Assembly: GCA_010356995.1 (NCBI GenBank)
Contig: ML996692.1
Coordinates: 62,001 to 126,000 of the forward strand
Direction of reading: 5' to 3'
From: Trichodelitschia bisporula
Lineage: Eukaryota
Length of the DNA stretch: 64,000 nt
Shown here: positions 10,911 to 24,500 of the stretch, piece after piece
Layout of the letters: every line of letters begins with the position of its first letter
Numbering within the stretch: position 1 is the first letter of the stretch
The notes under the pieces: model-generated
What the model saw: only the letters and a program-made list of their open reading frames with translations
Told to the model about the DNA's origin: nothing
Databases searched by the model: none
Translations under genes and position numbers: made by a program

Positions 10911-12091
10911 TGTGGTGCAACAGATGGATTTTTGTTTTTGGGCGGCGTTCTTTTGGCTGGGAGGGTATATTGCTGTGGGCGCGGCGGGCGCGGCACGGGC
11001 ATGCATGGTTTTGGGCTTTTTTGGGCATTGGTAGGATTTCGTGCTTCTTCATCTGGAGCCCAGGTTATTGAGTTTTGTGTGCTCCCCGCCTTTTTCGACC
11101 TTGAACGTCCTCCCTCCTTCCTTCTCTCCTCTTTGTTGGACGAGTTGGTGCGTTGCGAGAGTGTTGAAGTTGCTTTAATGCGTTGTCTTGACTGTTGGTG
11201 TTGCGGGCGTATTCGCGTAGATCGGTAGCTTGGTTTGGTTGGAGGGATCGGGCATGGCGGCGCGGGCGTGGCTGCGGGTATGTAGCTTAATTGTAGATAT
11301 GGGCTTGCGCGAGCAAGCGTGGATATAGGCTGCACCATGGCATGCAAATCCAGTTGTTGTGTGCTTGAGGACGTTCGCCTGTTGGGCTGTGATGTTCGCC
11401 GCCCTATCGTCGGCTTGGTGCCTTATCCACCCTTTTTCTCTGGTTCGACAAGCCGATAGTTAGGGCCTGGGAGACTAGCGACTGGTTTTCAGGGAGGCAG
11501 GGAGGCGACGTAGTGACCTGGTGGAAGTTACTGGCTTGTTGACTGGTCTTCATGAGGGCAGCGACCTAAGGACGGATTTTGTGGTGAGTATCGGCTCGGC
11601 ATGGTTTTGTCGAGGTGGCCCGGGCGACGGGACCCCATGATTCCTCGGCTCGGTGTGCATCTGACGAAGCGTAAATGTGACAAGGAACAGACCGTACACT
11701 TGCAAACAAGAAGCGGTTATGGTGAAGCGGATACGAAAGGGAATTGCTCAGTAGACATAGTGCCGCCGTCCGTGACGTCAGTTAGTGGGACACGAGCGGG
11801 ACAAGGTTATTCCGGGTCTTTCCGGATTTGAATTGCGTCATGTGCGATTTGATGGTCTTCGAATGGAGAAAAAAGGGAAAGCAAAGATGGTGTATGTTGA
11901 TGATTTATGTTGTAGCCGAATGGGTTGTGTATGGAAGAGGTGCGTGAATGAAGATCCGAGATCGGCGGCACCTAGGGCTCGATATCAGAAAACCAAGACC
12001 AGGGGAAAGCAAGTGCAGCGCTGAATCTATCCACGTTGCTCAAGTAAGATCAATACATTCTTAAATTTACAGATGCGCCGCCGTGCTCCTT

Positions 12092-12904
12092 CTATGCCTT
12101 CCACACCCTAGCAATCGCCGCCGTGAGACCAATGTCGTCTATCTTTGTCAGTACATGCCTTCAAGGGACAAGGGGTAGACTCACTCGTCTCAAACGAGTA
12201 CAGTCCTACACCAGCGATAACAGTCGCGAACTTGAGCAACCAGTCACATGCCTTGCGAATCTTAGGCATCCGCCACGTCGGGATGTAATCCGTGATGCAC
12301 GATCTGTCCCGTCAGCGGAAGCGCCTCCCACAAGCGTGCACACCTACGTGAAGCCAGTGTGCGAGTGAATCACCAGCGCCGCGCACAGCACAGCATCCAT
12401 AGCAGGGTTCAACGAGCCGCCGATGAACGGGGCCACCGTGAGCGGTACAAGCCCCACGGCAAGCAGCCTAGAGAATCAGCCGCGCTCCCCCACCACCAAC
12501 ATCACGCACCTCTCAAACGTCCAGTGATAGCTCCCATGAAGCGGCGAGGGCGGGGGCACAGGCGCCGGGTCATTCACTCGTAGGCATTAGCAAAATCATC
12601 ACCGTCGTCCTTGTCGGCAATTACCTGTTCCCTGGATAGTTTCTACCGAGCATTAGCAATCCATGCGCTCCTATTGGATGCGGGGTCGCTCACCGGGAAG
12701 AGGCGTAAGAATGGCCTTTGCGCCCGTCGCATGGAAACCAGCGCGCGAGGCGGGGAGGGCATCGCGCACGAGGCCGGCGCGCACCTGCGGAAGAAGCGAT
12801 GCCCGCGCTGCGGGGCCCAGCGACGAGGCGTTGCGGGACAGCAGCTGCTTGGCCGGGGCGGCGAAGGCCTGGCGGATGAGCGTGGGACGCAGGGCGGAGG
12901 CCAT
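12092..12904 (-). CDS. SDH4: Succinate dehydrogenase cytochrome b small subunit (CybS); 6 exons, introns 12643-12693, 12577-12624, 12468-12509, 12304-12347, 12139-12184
   Basis: Arg/Ala-rich mitochondrial presequence. The spliced product contains VNDPAPVPPPSPLHGSYHWTFER, HSHTGFTSCITDYIP and YSFETNDIGLT, all CybS signatures. Confidence 0.93.
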
Positions 12905-13235
12905 TGCGATTGTGACGATGCAGACGGCGGACGAAGCAGACGACGTGTGTTGCAAAGAAGGTGAAACTTTTCGGGAGCGGAGAGTGGTGGTGGCAGCCGA
13001 CGACGCAGCTTGCCCCAAGTGCTCGCTCGCGCTGCCGAGGGAATAAACCGGAGCAGCCCGTGTCACGATGCGCGCACATCGGGGACCGGGGGTCAAATCT
13101 TCTGGGGGCTCGACGACTCTGCTTTGCCAACGCCCAACGGCAAAACACCTCAAGAGCTGCCAAACCCTTGCTCCCCACTACCACCACCACCCCCCAATCC
13201 CACCTCTTTCGCCAGCACATACTTCCCGCGCCGCA
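12905..13235. promoter_or_regulatory. Putative bidirectional promoter shared by SDH4 and MAS1
   Basis: Only 331 bp separate two divergent start codons. Confidence 0.6.
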
Positions 13236-14816
13236 ATGGCTTCGAGGCGGTTAGCTCTCAACCTGCAGACGGCGCTGCGCAGCCGCGCGGCCCTCAATTC
13301 CGTCCGGCCGCTCAAGAGAGGCCTTGCGACTCCCATCACCACTTCTGCTGGCACCAAGACGGAGACGACTACGCTGGCCAATGGCTTCACCGTGCGTTGG
13401 GTGGTTGGCGTTGAGGCTTGCACTGACGGGTATAGATTGCGACGGAGCACTCGCCGTGGGCGCAGACGTCGACGGTCGGTGTGTGGATAGATGCCGGTAG
13501 CAGAGCCGAGACGGACAAGACCAACGGCACTGCGCACTTCCTCGAGCATCTGGCGTTCAAGGGCACCCAGAAACGCACGCAGCAGCAGCTGGAGCTCGAG
13601 ATTGAGAACATGGGCGGCCACCTCAACGCCTACACCTCGGTGCGTTCGGCATTACAACCCTCGAATATTACTAACTTGGCAGCGCGAAAACACCGTCTAC
13701 TACGCCAAGTCGTTCAACTCGGACGTCCCGGCAGCCGTCGACATCCTGGCCGACATCCTGCAGAACTCGAAGCTCGAGCCGGCCGCCATTGAGCGTGAGC
13801 GCGACGTCATCCTGCGCGAGCAGGAGGAGGTCGACAAGCAGCTCGAGGAGGTTGTCTTCGACCACCTGCACGCGACCGCTTTCCAGGGCCAGCCGCTCGG
13901 CCGCACCATCCTGGGCCCCAAGGAGAACATCCAGAGCATCCAGCGCGACGACCTCGAGTCGTACATCAAGACGAACTACACCGCTGACCGCATGGTGTTG
14001 GTTGGATCCGGCGGTGTGCCCCACCAGCAGCTCGTCGACCTCGCGGAGAAGTACTTTGCCGGCGTTCCCAACGCCCCTACCAGCCAGGCTGCTGCGGCCA
14101 TTGCCGCTGCCCAAAAGGCCAAGCCTGACTTTGTTGGCTCGGAGGTCCGCATCCGCGACGACACCTTGCCGACGGCGAACATTGCCATTGCTGTTGAGGG
14201 TGTCGGCTGGAAGGACCCCGACTACTTCACGGCGCTGGTCACGCAGGCCATTGTCGGCAACTGGGACCGCACCATGGGCACATCGCCGCATCTCGGCAGC
14301 AAGCTGAGCACGTTTGTACATAGCCACGGCCTGGCTAACAGCTTCATGAGCTTCTCGACGAGCTACAGCGACACTGGGTAGGTTTCAATGCTAGAAGTAG
14401 CTATGGTAATCACTGACGGCTGCAGTCTCTGGGGCATCTATCTCGTCACCGACAACTTCACGCGCATTGACGATCTCGTCCACTTCACGCTGCGCGAGTG
14501 GTCGCGCCTGTCGCAAAACGTGTCGGAGGCCGAGGTCGAGCGCGCCAAGGCCCAGCTCAAGGCGTCCATCCTGCTGAGCCTGGACGGCACGACGGCCGTG
14601 GCCGAGGACATTGGCCGGCAGATTGTGACGACGGGCCGGCGGCTGAATCCCGAGGAGGTGGAGCGCGTGGTCGGGGCTATCACGGCTAAGGATGTGATGA
14701 GCTTTGCGCAGCGCAAGCTTTGGGACCGCGATATTGCTATCTCGGCTGTGGGCCATATTGAGGGCATGCTTGATTACCAGCGTGTCCGGAGCGACATGAG
14801 CCGGAATACGTCGTAG
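13236..14816 (+). CDS. MAS1: Mitochondrial processing peptidase beta subunit (M16); introns 13392-13435, 13640-13682, 14378-14425
   Basis: Presequence [10 protein letters not shown], then [11 protein letters not shown], the inverted zinc motif [29 protein letters not shown] and [17 protein letters not shown]. Confidence 0.96.
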
Positions 14817-15606
14817 GTTGTTAGTATGGGGGGTGGGGGATTGTAAATGTACAACACGGTTGAGAAGGCTGTGGTAGGTAGATTTAGAGAATTGATGGCG
14901 GTTGGGTGGTGAGTGCTCTCTCTCGCCTCATGTACACATGTGTACAGTGTTCTTGCTAGCTGCCACTAATATCACGATCCCGACAACAACTGCACTTGAC
15001 CTCTCGAGTTTTGTAACATTTAAAATTGATATTGTCGAGCGTCGACTCTCTTTTCTCGGCCAGGTCCCACCAGGCCTTTCAGCTGTCAATGACGCACTCC
15101 CTTCCTTCCCCTTTATCACCATAACGGATGGGCAATCTCGAGCCTTCAACCGTTCAACCCATCAGATGTGGACAGGAGCCCGAGGAGGGAGGAGCATTTT
15201 TAGACAGGAAGGAACAGGGCGCAAATGATGTAATGTGCGCATGATGGGGGGAAGGAGCATAGGAGGATACTTGGCATCAACAGTGGTATTTAGACTCGAA
15301 CGTCTCTGACTCTCTCCTCTCTTCGTCTTTTATCAACTCGCACTTCACACCGTAGCTATTGCGCACGTCAAACCTATGCTTCTAATACCATCCCTCCAAA
15401 CCACGGCATCACTCCGATGAGCTAGCAGCTCTTTACCTTCACGCATCACATCTCCAGCAGCCATTAGCCATGAAACTGTGCATCAATTAACCCATCTAGC
15501 GACAGGCGAGCTTTAGGATTACACGATATCATTAACAGACCACCTCAGAACATAACCTCCCCACACGCAGGACACTCAACGCGATTTTTGCCCTCCATTC
15601 ACCAAT

Positions 15607-16176
15607 TTACAACAACGCAGCCGCACCCGCAGCAACCGCCGCTGCCAGTCCGTACACGCCAGCGCCGGGAGCAACCGCAGCGTTGCTGAACAACGCGCCG
15701 GCAGAGGACTTGCTAGGGCTCGCACCCCCCTTCGTCGGAGCCGCAACAAACGTGCCGTTGCCGGCGGCATACGTGATGCTCGCCTTGCCAGTGGCACCCG
15801 CCTTGGAGACAACCTCACTTGTCTTCGTCGCCCAGCTGCTCTCGCCGCCCTTGCCGGTACCCGCACCAGTGTGCGCCCCGCCGGTGACCTTGGCCGGCGT
15901 GCTGCTGGACAAGACCGAGGGCGTGGCGTCCGGGCCCCAGCCCGGGAGGTAGCTGGGGGAGTATGTGGCGGTGCCGACGTATGCCGCGCAGCCCGGAACG
16001 GTGGTCTTGGGCGGCGCGCGCCCGCCGCCGCAGTCGAGGAAGTCGCAGAGTTCGCCCGTGCCGGGGACGTACCAGATCAGCGAGGGGCCGGAGACGGAGG
16101 AGGTGCACCCGACCAGATCGGTGCGGGCGAGGGCCAGGGCCGGGAGGAGGGCGGCGGCGAAGGTAGTAGCGCGCAT
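15607..16176 (-). CDS. Secreted, probably GPI-anchored cell-wall protein with a small Cys-containing N-terminal domain
   Basis: Signal peptide MRATTFAAALLPALALA, domain RTDLVGCT..WYVPGTGELCDFLDCGGGRAPPKTTVPGC, Ser/Thr/Gly-rich stalk and hydrophobic C-terminus after SNAA. Confidence 0.85.
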   Translation of the reverse strand: MRATTFAAALLPALALARTDLVGCTSSVSGPSLIWYVPGTGELCDFLDCGGGRAPPKTTVPGCAAYVGTATYSPSYLPGWGPDATPSVLSSSTPAKVTGGAHTGAGTGKGGESSWATKTSEVVSKAGATGKASITYAAGNGTFVAAPTKGGASPSKSSAGALFSNAAVAPGAGVYGLAAAVAAGAAALL

Positions 16177-17863
16177 TTTGGTGGATGTGGGGTTGAGGTT
16201 TGAGAGTGGTGGTGAGGTTGAAGGAGTGTGGGGTGGTTTTGGTGGCGAGGTGGGAGTCTAACGAGTGACTGTAGTGGGATATTGGGATGGTGGTGAGCGT
16301 AGCCTGCCCGCGGCGAGGTCGACGCGCTTTATACCTCCCCTACGACTGCGCCCCTGATCCGCCATGCTGACTACGGATTACAACTACCAGGCTCGTCCTG
16401 GACAAAGCAGCCTTTGGGGGCCGGCATCACGCCGCGCGGAAATGAGCGTTTGAGACATGCCCCGCCCCCCCGGTGCCGCTAGGCTGACGAGCCAGTCAGG
16501 CTGCCCGGAGCCGCGTGCCAGGGTACGGGCGTGGCTATTTCGGGGTTAGAATTGTGGGGAAGGATTTCGCGCCTTCGTTATGCGAGCGAGCGTTACATTC
16601 GAGAATCGAGGCTGTGCAAGCTTCGTTTGCCGCGGCTAACTCTTTGCCACGGTGAGTTACAGTAGAGCTGTGCTTGAAGGTGGGGGTTGTTGAACGTTTT
16701 TTTGCCTCGATGGGAGGAGTCTGAAGGTGAAGTCCAGATGTGAGCCGCATGCTGCGCCGCGGTCGACGTTGCTAGCTTGACGCGCGTGTCGGGATATTGA
16801 TTGGCAACCGGGGAAAAGGGGGCTGACGGGAGGTGCCAGGGGCGGGATTTTGATGCCGGTTACCTGGACTGGATTCGAATTTCGGGTGTTTGGGGCTTTG
16901 GAAACGGCGGCTTATGGGGATGATGAAAGACAGTTTATGGGCGAGACATCTCGAAGGGGAGACGAAGCAGTGGATGGGAAGGACGGGCTTGATGCTTGTG
17001 TAGCGAGCTAATTTTCGTTGTTCTGGACTCACAGTTAACCTTACGGTAGGTCAAATGGCTTCGAGACTCGCCGTAGTGAAAGAAGAACCCAGTCCTGGCA
17101 TCGGAAGTGCATCGTATTTCACGCCCTCGAATCTCACCTTCCTCCGCGGCGATCCCAGGCCAGCCAGGACCGGAACGCTTATTCCCTTCAACTCATCAGA
17201 ACACGAATCATATTCGCATATCGACGACTTCAAGCTCTCCTCGAAGTCTTGAACGGTACATTTCAAGCTCTCAGCCTCACCCGCCGCCCCACGATGTACC
17301 CCAGACGCCCAGTCCGCGGGTATGGCGTGCGGCTGGGCGTTCAACGGCGAAAGGGGCGTTAAAGGGCGGAGCGTTGGCACTCGACGCCGCAGCGAGATAG
17401 GGAACGAGACTTGCAGAGAAGCTGGGGTCGGTACGTGGAAGCTGCGCCGCATCAACAATGGGAACGGTCATCAAATGCGGAGCGGTTCAGGCAATATCCA
17501 GATGCTCAAGCTTCGTCTACACCATCGCTAGCTATCATACCATAGCACCTAGAGCTAACCCTCATTTCCAATCCTCCCCACACGATACCCGCCCGGCATC
17601 CTCCATCCACTGAGGTGACCGGTCTCACATCGCCGGTCCTCTGACGTAGCCCAACCCACACTCTCCACATCTCCGACATCGCTCACCAACCTTCCCTCTC
17701 CCTTTCACTAGGTAAAAGACAAAACCATTAATCTACCCATACTCAAAAGAGACGCTGCCAATCTACAACGCCAGCCATGCATGCAAACACGGAATAATGA
17801 CTCCTTCGCCGCAGCGCGGGATCGGAAAGAATACCAGCCTCACTGCCTTCCCTCCCCGGGTGC

Positions 17864-20130
17864 TCAATCAATCTTAATCGCCCTATGCACCGTTAGCTCG
17901 ATCCCCTTCTCACACCAGCAAAGAGAGTACTCACGCATAAATTCGCCTCACAAACGCATACGCCGCCAAAAATCCAATCGTCCCAGTGAGAAGGCCGTAG
18001 ACCAGGCAAGCCAGGAAGCTATACGCAAAGAACAGCAACCCATTCGCAAAGCCCACGATGTGGAGCCTCGTCGCATAATACCACGCCGTGTACGCGAAGA
18101 TCCACACCGCCGACCCACCACCAACGAAGAAGCTCTGCCACCACCAGTGATAATTCTGTCCCAACCATCAGCATCAACCCTCCCCATACACCGCACCAGA
18201 GAGCAACTCACCTCAGAACAAAGCTGCAAATACGTCGCCACAACCGTAACCTCCACCACCGTAACAATCAGAATGCTGCTCACCACCGCCAGGAACCCAA
18301 ACACGTAGTAGTACCCGCTCTTGTCCAACCACAGGCTCTTGAACACAAACAGCAGCTCGATGAATATGACCGCGAACGGGACGAGCCCCGCGATGAGCAC
18401 CGTCTGCACCCGCCCGCCCCGGAGCCATCCACCCACCGGCACAGCGCGCGGCACTGGACTCGCTTTGACGGGATGTTCCCACGCTCCGACCATCGTGTAC
18501 CCGTACCAGGACCCCACATACACGAGCGGAAGCTGCACCGCCAACCACAGCGCCACAATCCCCACCAGCGTCCCAAACGGAATCGCAGTACTACTCGCGT
18601 GCGCCCACACAAACAAATTAAGTATAAAAATCGTCGCGAACAGCAAGCCCGGCACCAGCGTCCCCGTGACAACAACATTCCGCCGCCAATTCTGCCCGCC
18701 AAACGTGCGGAACACGCGCGCGCTGAAGTATCCGCTAAACACGCCAGCGAAGACGAACAGCGCAGCGCCAACGCTCACGAATCCCCCGCGGAAAGAGGGG
18801 TTCAGCACGCCGATGCAGGAGAGCAGGATGAGGCCTGCGGCCATGAAGACGAGTTGGGTGCCGCAGCCGACGAGGGGCGCGAGGAGGGTCCCGTGGGCGG
18901 GGGGGCGGAAGACGTCACCGTGGACTAGTTTCCAGCCGGTCACGTCTTCGACTTCGTCGTCTGAGGAGAGGTCCGCGTCGGCGTCGTCTAGTTTCTCGAG
19001 GAGGCCGGAGGAGCCCTTGTCGCTGCCCAGGCTAGGGGATGGGAGCGCCGAGCGCACCTTCCGAGACTTTTTGGGGAGCGCCTTCTTGCGGCCTTCTTCC
19101 AGACCGCCTTCCTTGTACCCGATGATGTCGCCGCGGATCGTGCGCGCAAAGATAACAGCCACGACGGCAGTGAGCAAGCCGCAGATAACAAGCGAGTTGA
19201 AGATCGCCAGCCAGTGGATGTTCTGGTTGTCCTCTTGGTCGACAAAATACATGTCCCACCGGTTCCCCCACTCCACCTTATCGTCTTCGCGGAAGTAGAC
19301 CGAGTAGGTGTAGGGAATGGTCAGGGAGCGCGCCGTTTCGTCCGGCGCCGTCACGTTGGCCGGGAGTTCGAGTTCGAAGCCGTCGTCCACGTGCTCGAGG
19401 TCGAATGGTAGCCCGGTCGTCGCGTTGCGGTTCCCTGTCTCGATGCTCTTGGGGTACACCTCGAACCCGACAATCACGCGCTTCCCGCGCTCTCCATCGC
19501 GGCCCGGTGCACGCCGATGGCGCAGGACAAGCGTGACGTGATTATTCAGAAACAGGCGCGAAGTGCCGGTATGCAAATCCACATCCTCATACCCGAGCTT
19601 GAAGCCCGCAGCGTAGTACTTGCGGCTCTTATCCGTCGTCACGAAACTCGTCGCGCCCGGCAAATTATCCACAATCCACTCCACAACGTACTTCTCGCGC
19701 ACGAGATCGCGCGCCGTCTGCAAGCCCTCTGCATCAATAGTGCGACTGCACAAATACCGCAGCTCCTGGTCCTCACCCATCGCGAGCTCGTAGTCAGACA
19801 CCACGATGCGGTCGCCGCGGAGCACTTCGCCGAGATTAAGCGTGATGCTCGTGCCGCTGGTGAAGGAGGCGTGGCGCCTGCCCGCGGGGGGGCATACGAA
19901 GGGGAGTTCGGCGTAGGCGTATTGGAGTTGTGTCTGGTCGGAGTAGATCTTGTTGTAGAAGAGGGGGATGGGCTCGGTGGGGCGGAAGGACTTGATGGAC
20001 CACCCTGGGAGCGTTGTTAGAGGGATGGGAATGAGGGAGGGACGCGTTTACCTGGGATGTAGAAGGCGTGCGCGGCGGAGAGGAGACATGTCAGCGCGGT
20101 CAGCGCGGAGAACCGGTTATCGCCGTGCAT
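17864..20130 (-). CDS. Transmembrane 9 superfamily (nonaspanin, EMP70/TMN family) protein; 3 short introns (~20005-20051, ~18156-18211, ~17883-17934)
   Basis: Signal peptide ending AFYIPG, then NLGEVLRGDRI, WIVDNLPGA, IHWLAIFNS, GWKLVHGDVFRPP, YLQLCSE-NYHWWWQSF and a C-terminal AIKID (KxD/E motif). Confidence 0.95.
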
Positions 20131-21349
20131 CGTGAATGTCCAGAGCAGCGCGCTGAGGAGGAGTGTTCGAGATAACGCGATGCCGCCGTCAATCTAGGGA
20201 TTCGAGTAGGCGATGAAGGGTATGGAAATGGGGGCGGTTACAACTGTGCTAAACGAGTGGAATGGCAGAAGCAGCCGGAAGCAGAGGACAACGCGGAGGT
20301 CGTCGGACGGAGCTGAGTAAGAGCTGCCAGATATGGGGGAGAGCCGGGAAGAAGATGCAGAAGGATAGATAGGCACACGGGCAAGGGGGCCAATCAACGG
20401 CGGGTGGGTGGGTGGTGCAAGGTGACGGACAGGGTTCGGAGGGTTAGGTTAGGGTCCGGGAATACAGATTAGTTAAGGCAGATTGGGCGATAGTAATGTT
20501 GCACTGTGAGATGGACGATGATAAAGTTAAGTGACAAGCGGGTGATGGTGACACTCTACTTCCGCGATGTAGAAGGCTACAAGGCTGATCAAACAGAAGC
20601 AATGGCACCGTTGTGTCTTGTCACGACTCTTTTTGCGCTGAGTTGACTGAACTCGAAGCACTCCGGAAACGGCTAGGCCGCACTCTAATGCGCCAAGTCC
20701 CTGCGTCCCTTTCCGAAGAGCCGCCAAGAGCCAAGAGTATTTTTAGGTCAGCCCTTTTTCCCTCATCGAAGATCGCGCGAGGAGCATCACGTGACTCTAT
20801 GCCGAAGAACGCGCGTCCTTTCATTCGCCAAGAAATCAGGTTTCAGCCTTGCTGCCTGCCGCAGATGCGTTTGTCCCATACTTAACTCAACTATCATCAC
20901 CAACATCACCACTAGTGCCATCCAAAACAGGTAGACGTTGCACCTTTAAACCTCCGCAAGATGTGAGCGCTCTGGGGTCTAGATGCTGTCACATTGCCGA
21001 TCCCTCCGCTATCTGCGTGGCCAAGGGCCTAAAATAGTGTGCTTCTCCTTCGAGAAGGAGAGGCAGTTGTGCATCGAGAACCATGGCACGGAACAGGCAG
21101 GAAAGTGTCACCGGTAGCGAACGCGCTCGGCAAGTCTACGTAACACCCATCAGAGCACCCTTAGGAATTGTAGACATTTGATGTCATGTTGAATTGGGCA
21201 TCAAAGCTAACTGAGATAGGGAATAGGATTGAGTAAACTACGCTAAAGAGGGCTGTACGAAGAACGCGGCATGGAGATCTAGAGCGGCGAAGGAAAATCG
21301 ACTTTTACCACCAAACTACGGCGGTCTTTCGAGGAAGAGACTTCCGCGG

Positions 21350-21580
21350 TTACTCCTCCTCGTACTCCTCCTCCGCCTCCTCCTCGTACTCTTCCTCCGC
21401 CTCCTCTTCAGCCTCCTCCGCTTCTTCCTCTTCATCAGAGCCAGAAGACGAGGATTCCTCAGCCTTTTCAACCTCCTCCTCCACCTCTTCTTCAGCCTCC
21501 TCCGCTTCTTCCTCAGCCTCCTCTTCAGCCTCCTCAACTTCCTCTTCAACATCTTCCTCCTTTTCCTCGACCTCATCCTT
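21350..21580 (-). repeat. Coding GAG/GAA-rich low-complexity repeat (EEEAE/EEEVE/EEEYE units)
   Basis: Visible run of (TCC/TTC)n on the + strand encoding ~75 mostly Glu residues. Confidence 0.85.
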
Positions 21581-24500
21581 CACACGCTCGGCTACACCCC
21601 CCGCCGCGGCCCCAAACCCGAACCCCCCTACTGCCTGTCGTACGCTGTTGAATCCTTCAGTAAAGCCCCCAGGAACCCCCCCGACGAACTCACCTCCACC
21701 ATAGCCGCCACCGCCGCCGCCGCCGTAGCCGCGCTCTTCACCGTAGCCACCCTCACGCCCACCACCATACTCCTCGCGACGGCCCTCACCGTACCCGCCA
21801 CCACCACCACCACCACCACCACCACCATGCTGCCCACGCCGATCATCATCCGAGGAATCATCATCATGATGACCATGCGCCTTCTTGCGCGCCTTCTTCT
21901 CCGCCTTCTCACGACGCTTGCGCTCCTCATCCTCACCATCCTCATCATCGCTCCGCCGACCACCATGGCGCCTAAACATCAGCACCACCCACAATATAGG
22001 ATAAGCTAACTCACCGAGTCTCCTGCGAGTAGTACTCGCCGCTCTGCCCAACGCCCTCAGTGCGCGTGTTCGCCGCCCACTGCCCCGCAGAGCTCTCGTA
22101 CTGGCGCTCCTCGCGACGCTCGTAGCCGCCGCTCTGGGTCGGGCCGGATGAGACCGTCTGCTGGAAGCCGTAGCCCGCGGCGCCGGAGGAACCGTCTTGC
22201 TCGTAGCGCGAGTACTCGTCGCGGCGACCGCCGCCCGGGTACTCGGTGCGGCTGTATTGGGCCTGTGCGTGACGCTCTTCGCCCTCGCCGTGACGAGGAC
22301 CATGGCTCTCCTCCTGGCGGCCGTAGCCTTGCTGTTGCTGCTGATCATAGCCTTGCTGCTGACTATAGCCTTGCTGCTGACCACCATAGCTCTCTTCCTG
22401 ACGGCCATAACTCTGCTGGCGCGGAGGCCGGCTCGCAGTCTCAGTGTACGACGTGGTGTACGACCCGTCGTCATTGTATCCCGTCTTCTTGTAAGTCTTG
22501 TGCTCGTCGCCATCACCGCTGAGTGCACCACCAAGCAGCGACGCGCCAACGCCGCCAACCACGCCACCGACAATGCTCCCGAGGATGCCGCCACCGACAG
22601 CATCCCCAGCCGTCTTGCCGACCTGGTCACCGAACTTATTCTGCCCGGGAGACTGGTACCCACTGCTGCTGCCACCACCAAAGCCCGACTCTCCGCCCAT
22701 AGCTTGGTTGAGCCCGCCAAGGACACCGGCGCCCAGTGCACCGCTAATGGCCGCCCCGGGCGACTGCGGAAGCGCATTCTGCTGGCCGAGCGGCTTGCCG
22801 CATCCGTGACCCGAGTCGTGCACGCCTTCCTTGTGGTTGCGGCCATTCTCAACGCCTCTGCGGCTGAGCTTGTCGCGCAGGTCGCTCTTCTCGCGCTCGC
22901 TCTTCCCGTTCCACCACTGCTCAACGACCTGGAACATCTGCCCACGGCCGTCGGCGGCACCGTCGTCACCGTACTGGCGCAGCGCCGGGTGATGGAAGAC
23001 GCCCGCAATGATGCGAGAGATGGTACGGTCGACGTCAGCTCGGTCGTTGTCCCAGCACTCCACGATCTGCGGCACAACCCACTTGATCACCTGACTGGCC
23101 ACCTTGCCGGCCGGCTCGTTGAGGATGTTGCTGAAGTGATCCTTGGAGAGCATCGAGTGCGTGGGGTCGGAACAGTTGTCATCTTGGAAGACGATGAGTT
23201 GCTTCTCGCGGCTGCTCTGGATGACCTCGGAGGAGCCAGTGGCCAACTCCGTCTTGATCTGGCTGACGATCGGCAGCACATACGGTGCAATGAGCGAGAA
23301 CACAAAGATGCTCATCTGCTCTTGCAGTTTCTCGAGCAGGTCCGGCAGGATGGGAATATTCTCAATGGTCTCGGTGATGGAATGCATGATCTCGTCGTGG
23401 AACTCGAGCACGGGGTAAATCTGCTTGGACATCTCCTGGACCTGGCGAGTGAAAGCCTCGGGCTCCTTAGGCGAGATGTTCATGTTCTGCATCTGCGCCG
23501 CCGCCGCGTTGGCCTGCAGCTCGTCGACTTTGCCAGCCTCGTCATTGCCGCCAAACAGACCGCTCGGGAGCTGATTGAGCAAGTCCTTGATCAAGCTCGC
23601 GTTCTCATGCTGAGTCGAGTTGGCAATGGTACCCTCGAGTTCCTGCATCTCAGATTGCGTCGCCTTGTCGGAGAGCTCGCCCATGACGGAGTGGAGAAAG
23701 TCAACACCGCCAAAGGTGCCCGTGATCAACGGCCAGACGGGGCCGCGCGCGCCACGGACGTTGACCTGGGTGCGACGTCCGACGTGCGGGAACACATCGC
23801 GCTCACCCATCTCAATGAGGCAAAGCTCGACATAGTTGGAGTGAGCCGAGTAGTCTTCGAGACAGTGGTTCGCCGTGCCCAGGAGGCGAAACGCCTCATA
23901 AAGATCATCCTTGTTTTGGGTGCGGTTGTACCGACGGCCAAGATCGATGCAGCGGCGGTAGAGGTCACGCACCAGGCCGGCGGACGTGGTGATACCCTTA
24001 TCTTCCGAAGCGATGTAGTTCTTCAGGCCGGTGCGCTCATCGATGGCCAGCTCACGACGCTCATCGACGGGGCCGCGGAGACGACGATCGTACTGCCGCG
24101 CGTCGAGATTGTCGGCATAGTCCTTCGGGTTGTCAATGTGCTCCTCAGGCCTGTAGCAACCCAGTCTATCACGGGTAACCTCAAACTCCTTGGTTCCAAA
24201 GCCGAAGCTGAGGAAGCCCAGGATCCAGAGCAAGATACGAATCGCCTCTGCGCTAACCATCTTGACGGTGCCGACATCAACAGCCTGCGAGTAGTCGCGG
24301 AGCCAGTTGCCAAAGTACACGCGCTTGACATCAAGCTTGGAGAACTTCTTGCCGCGACCGGCACGGGTCATGAACAGGGCCAACAGGGTATCTTCGATAT
24401 CGCTACAGATGTCAGCCTTGCGCAAGTTTGGCAGCTTGCACTAACCCATGACGCCAGTTCTGGCCCTCAATCTTGGAGACAGAAGCAATGTTGCCCGCAC

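Noticed and set aside
17051..17531. Small overlapping ORFs on both strands between the GPI protein and TM9SF genes
   Set aside because: No consistent spliced model or homology could be built; a small gene cannot be excluded.
18321..19298. 325-aa + strand ORF and similar long antisense ORFs (4143-5018, 28900-29916, 13671-14327)
   Set aside because: They overlap well-supported genes on the opposite strand and have low-complexity, motif-free translations.
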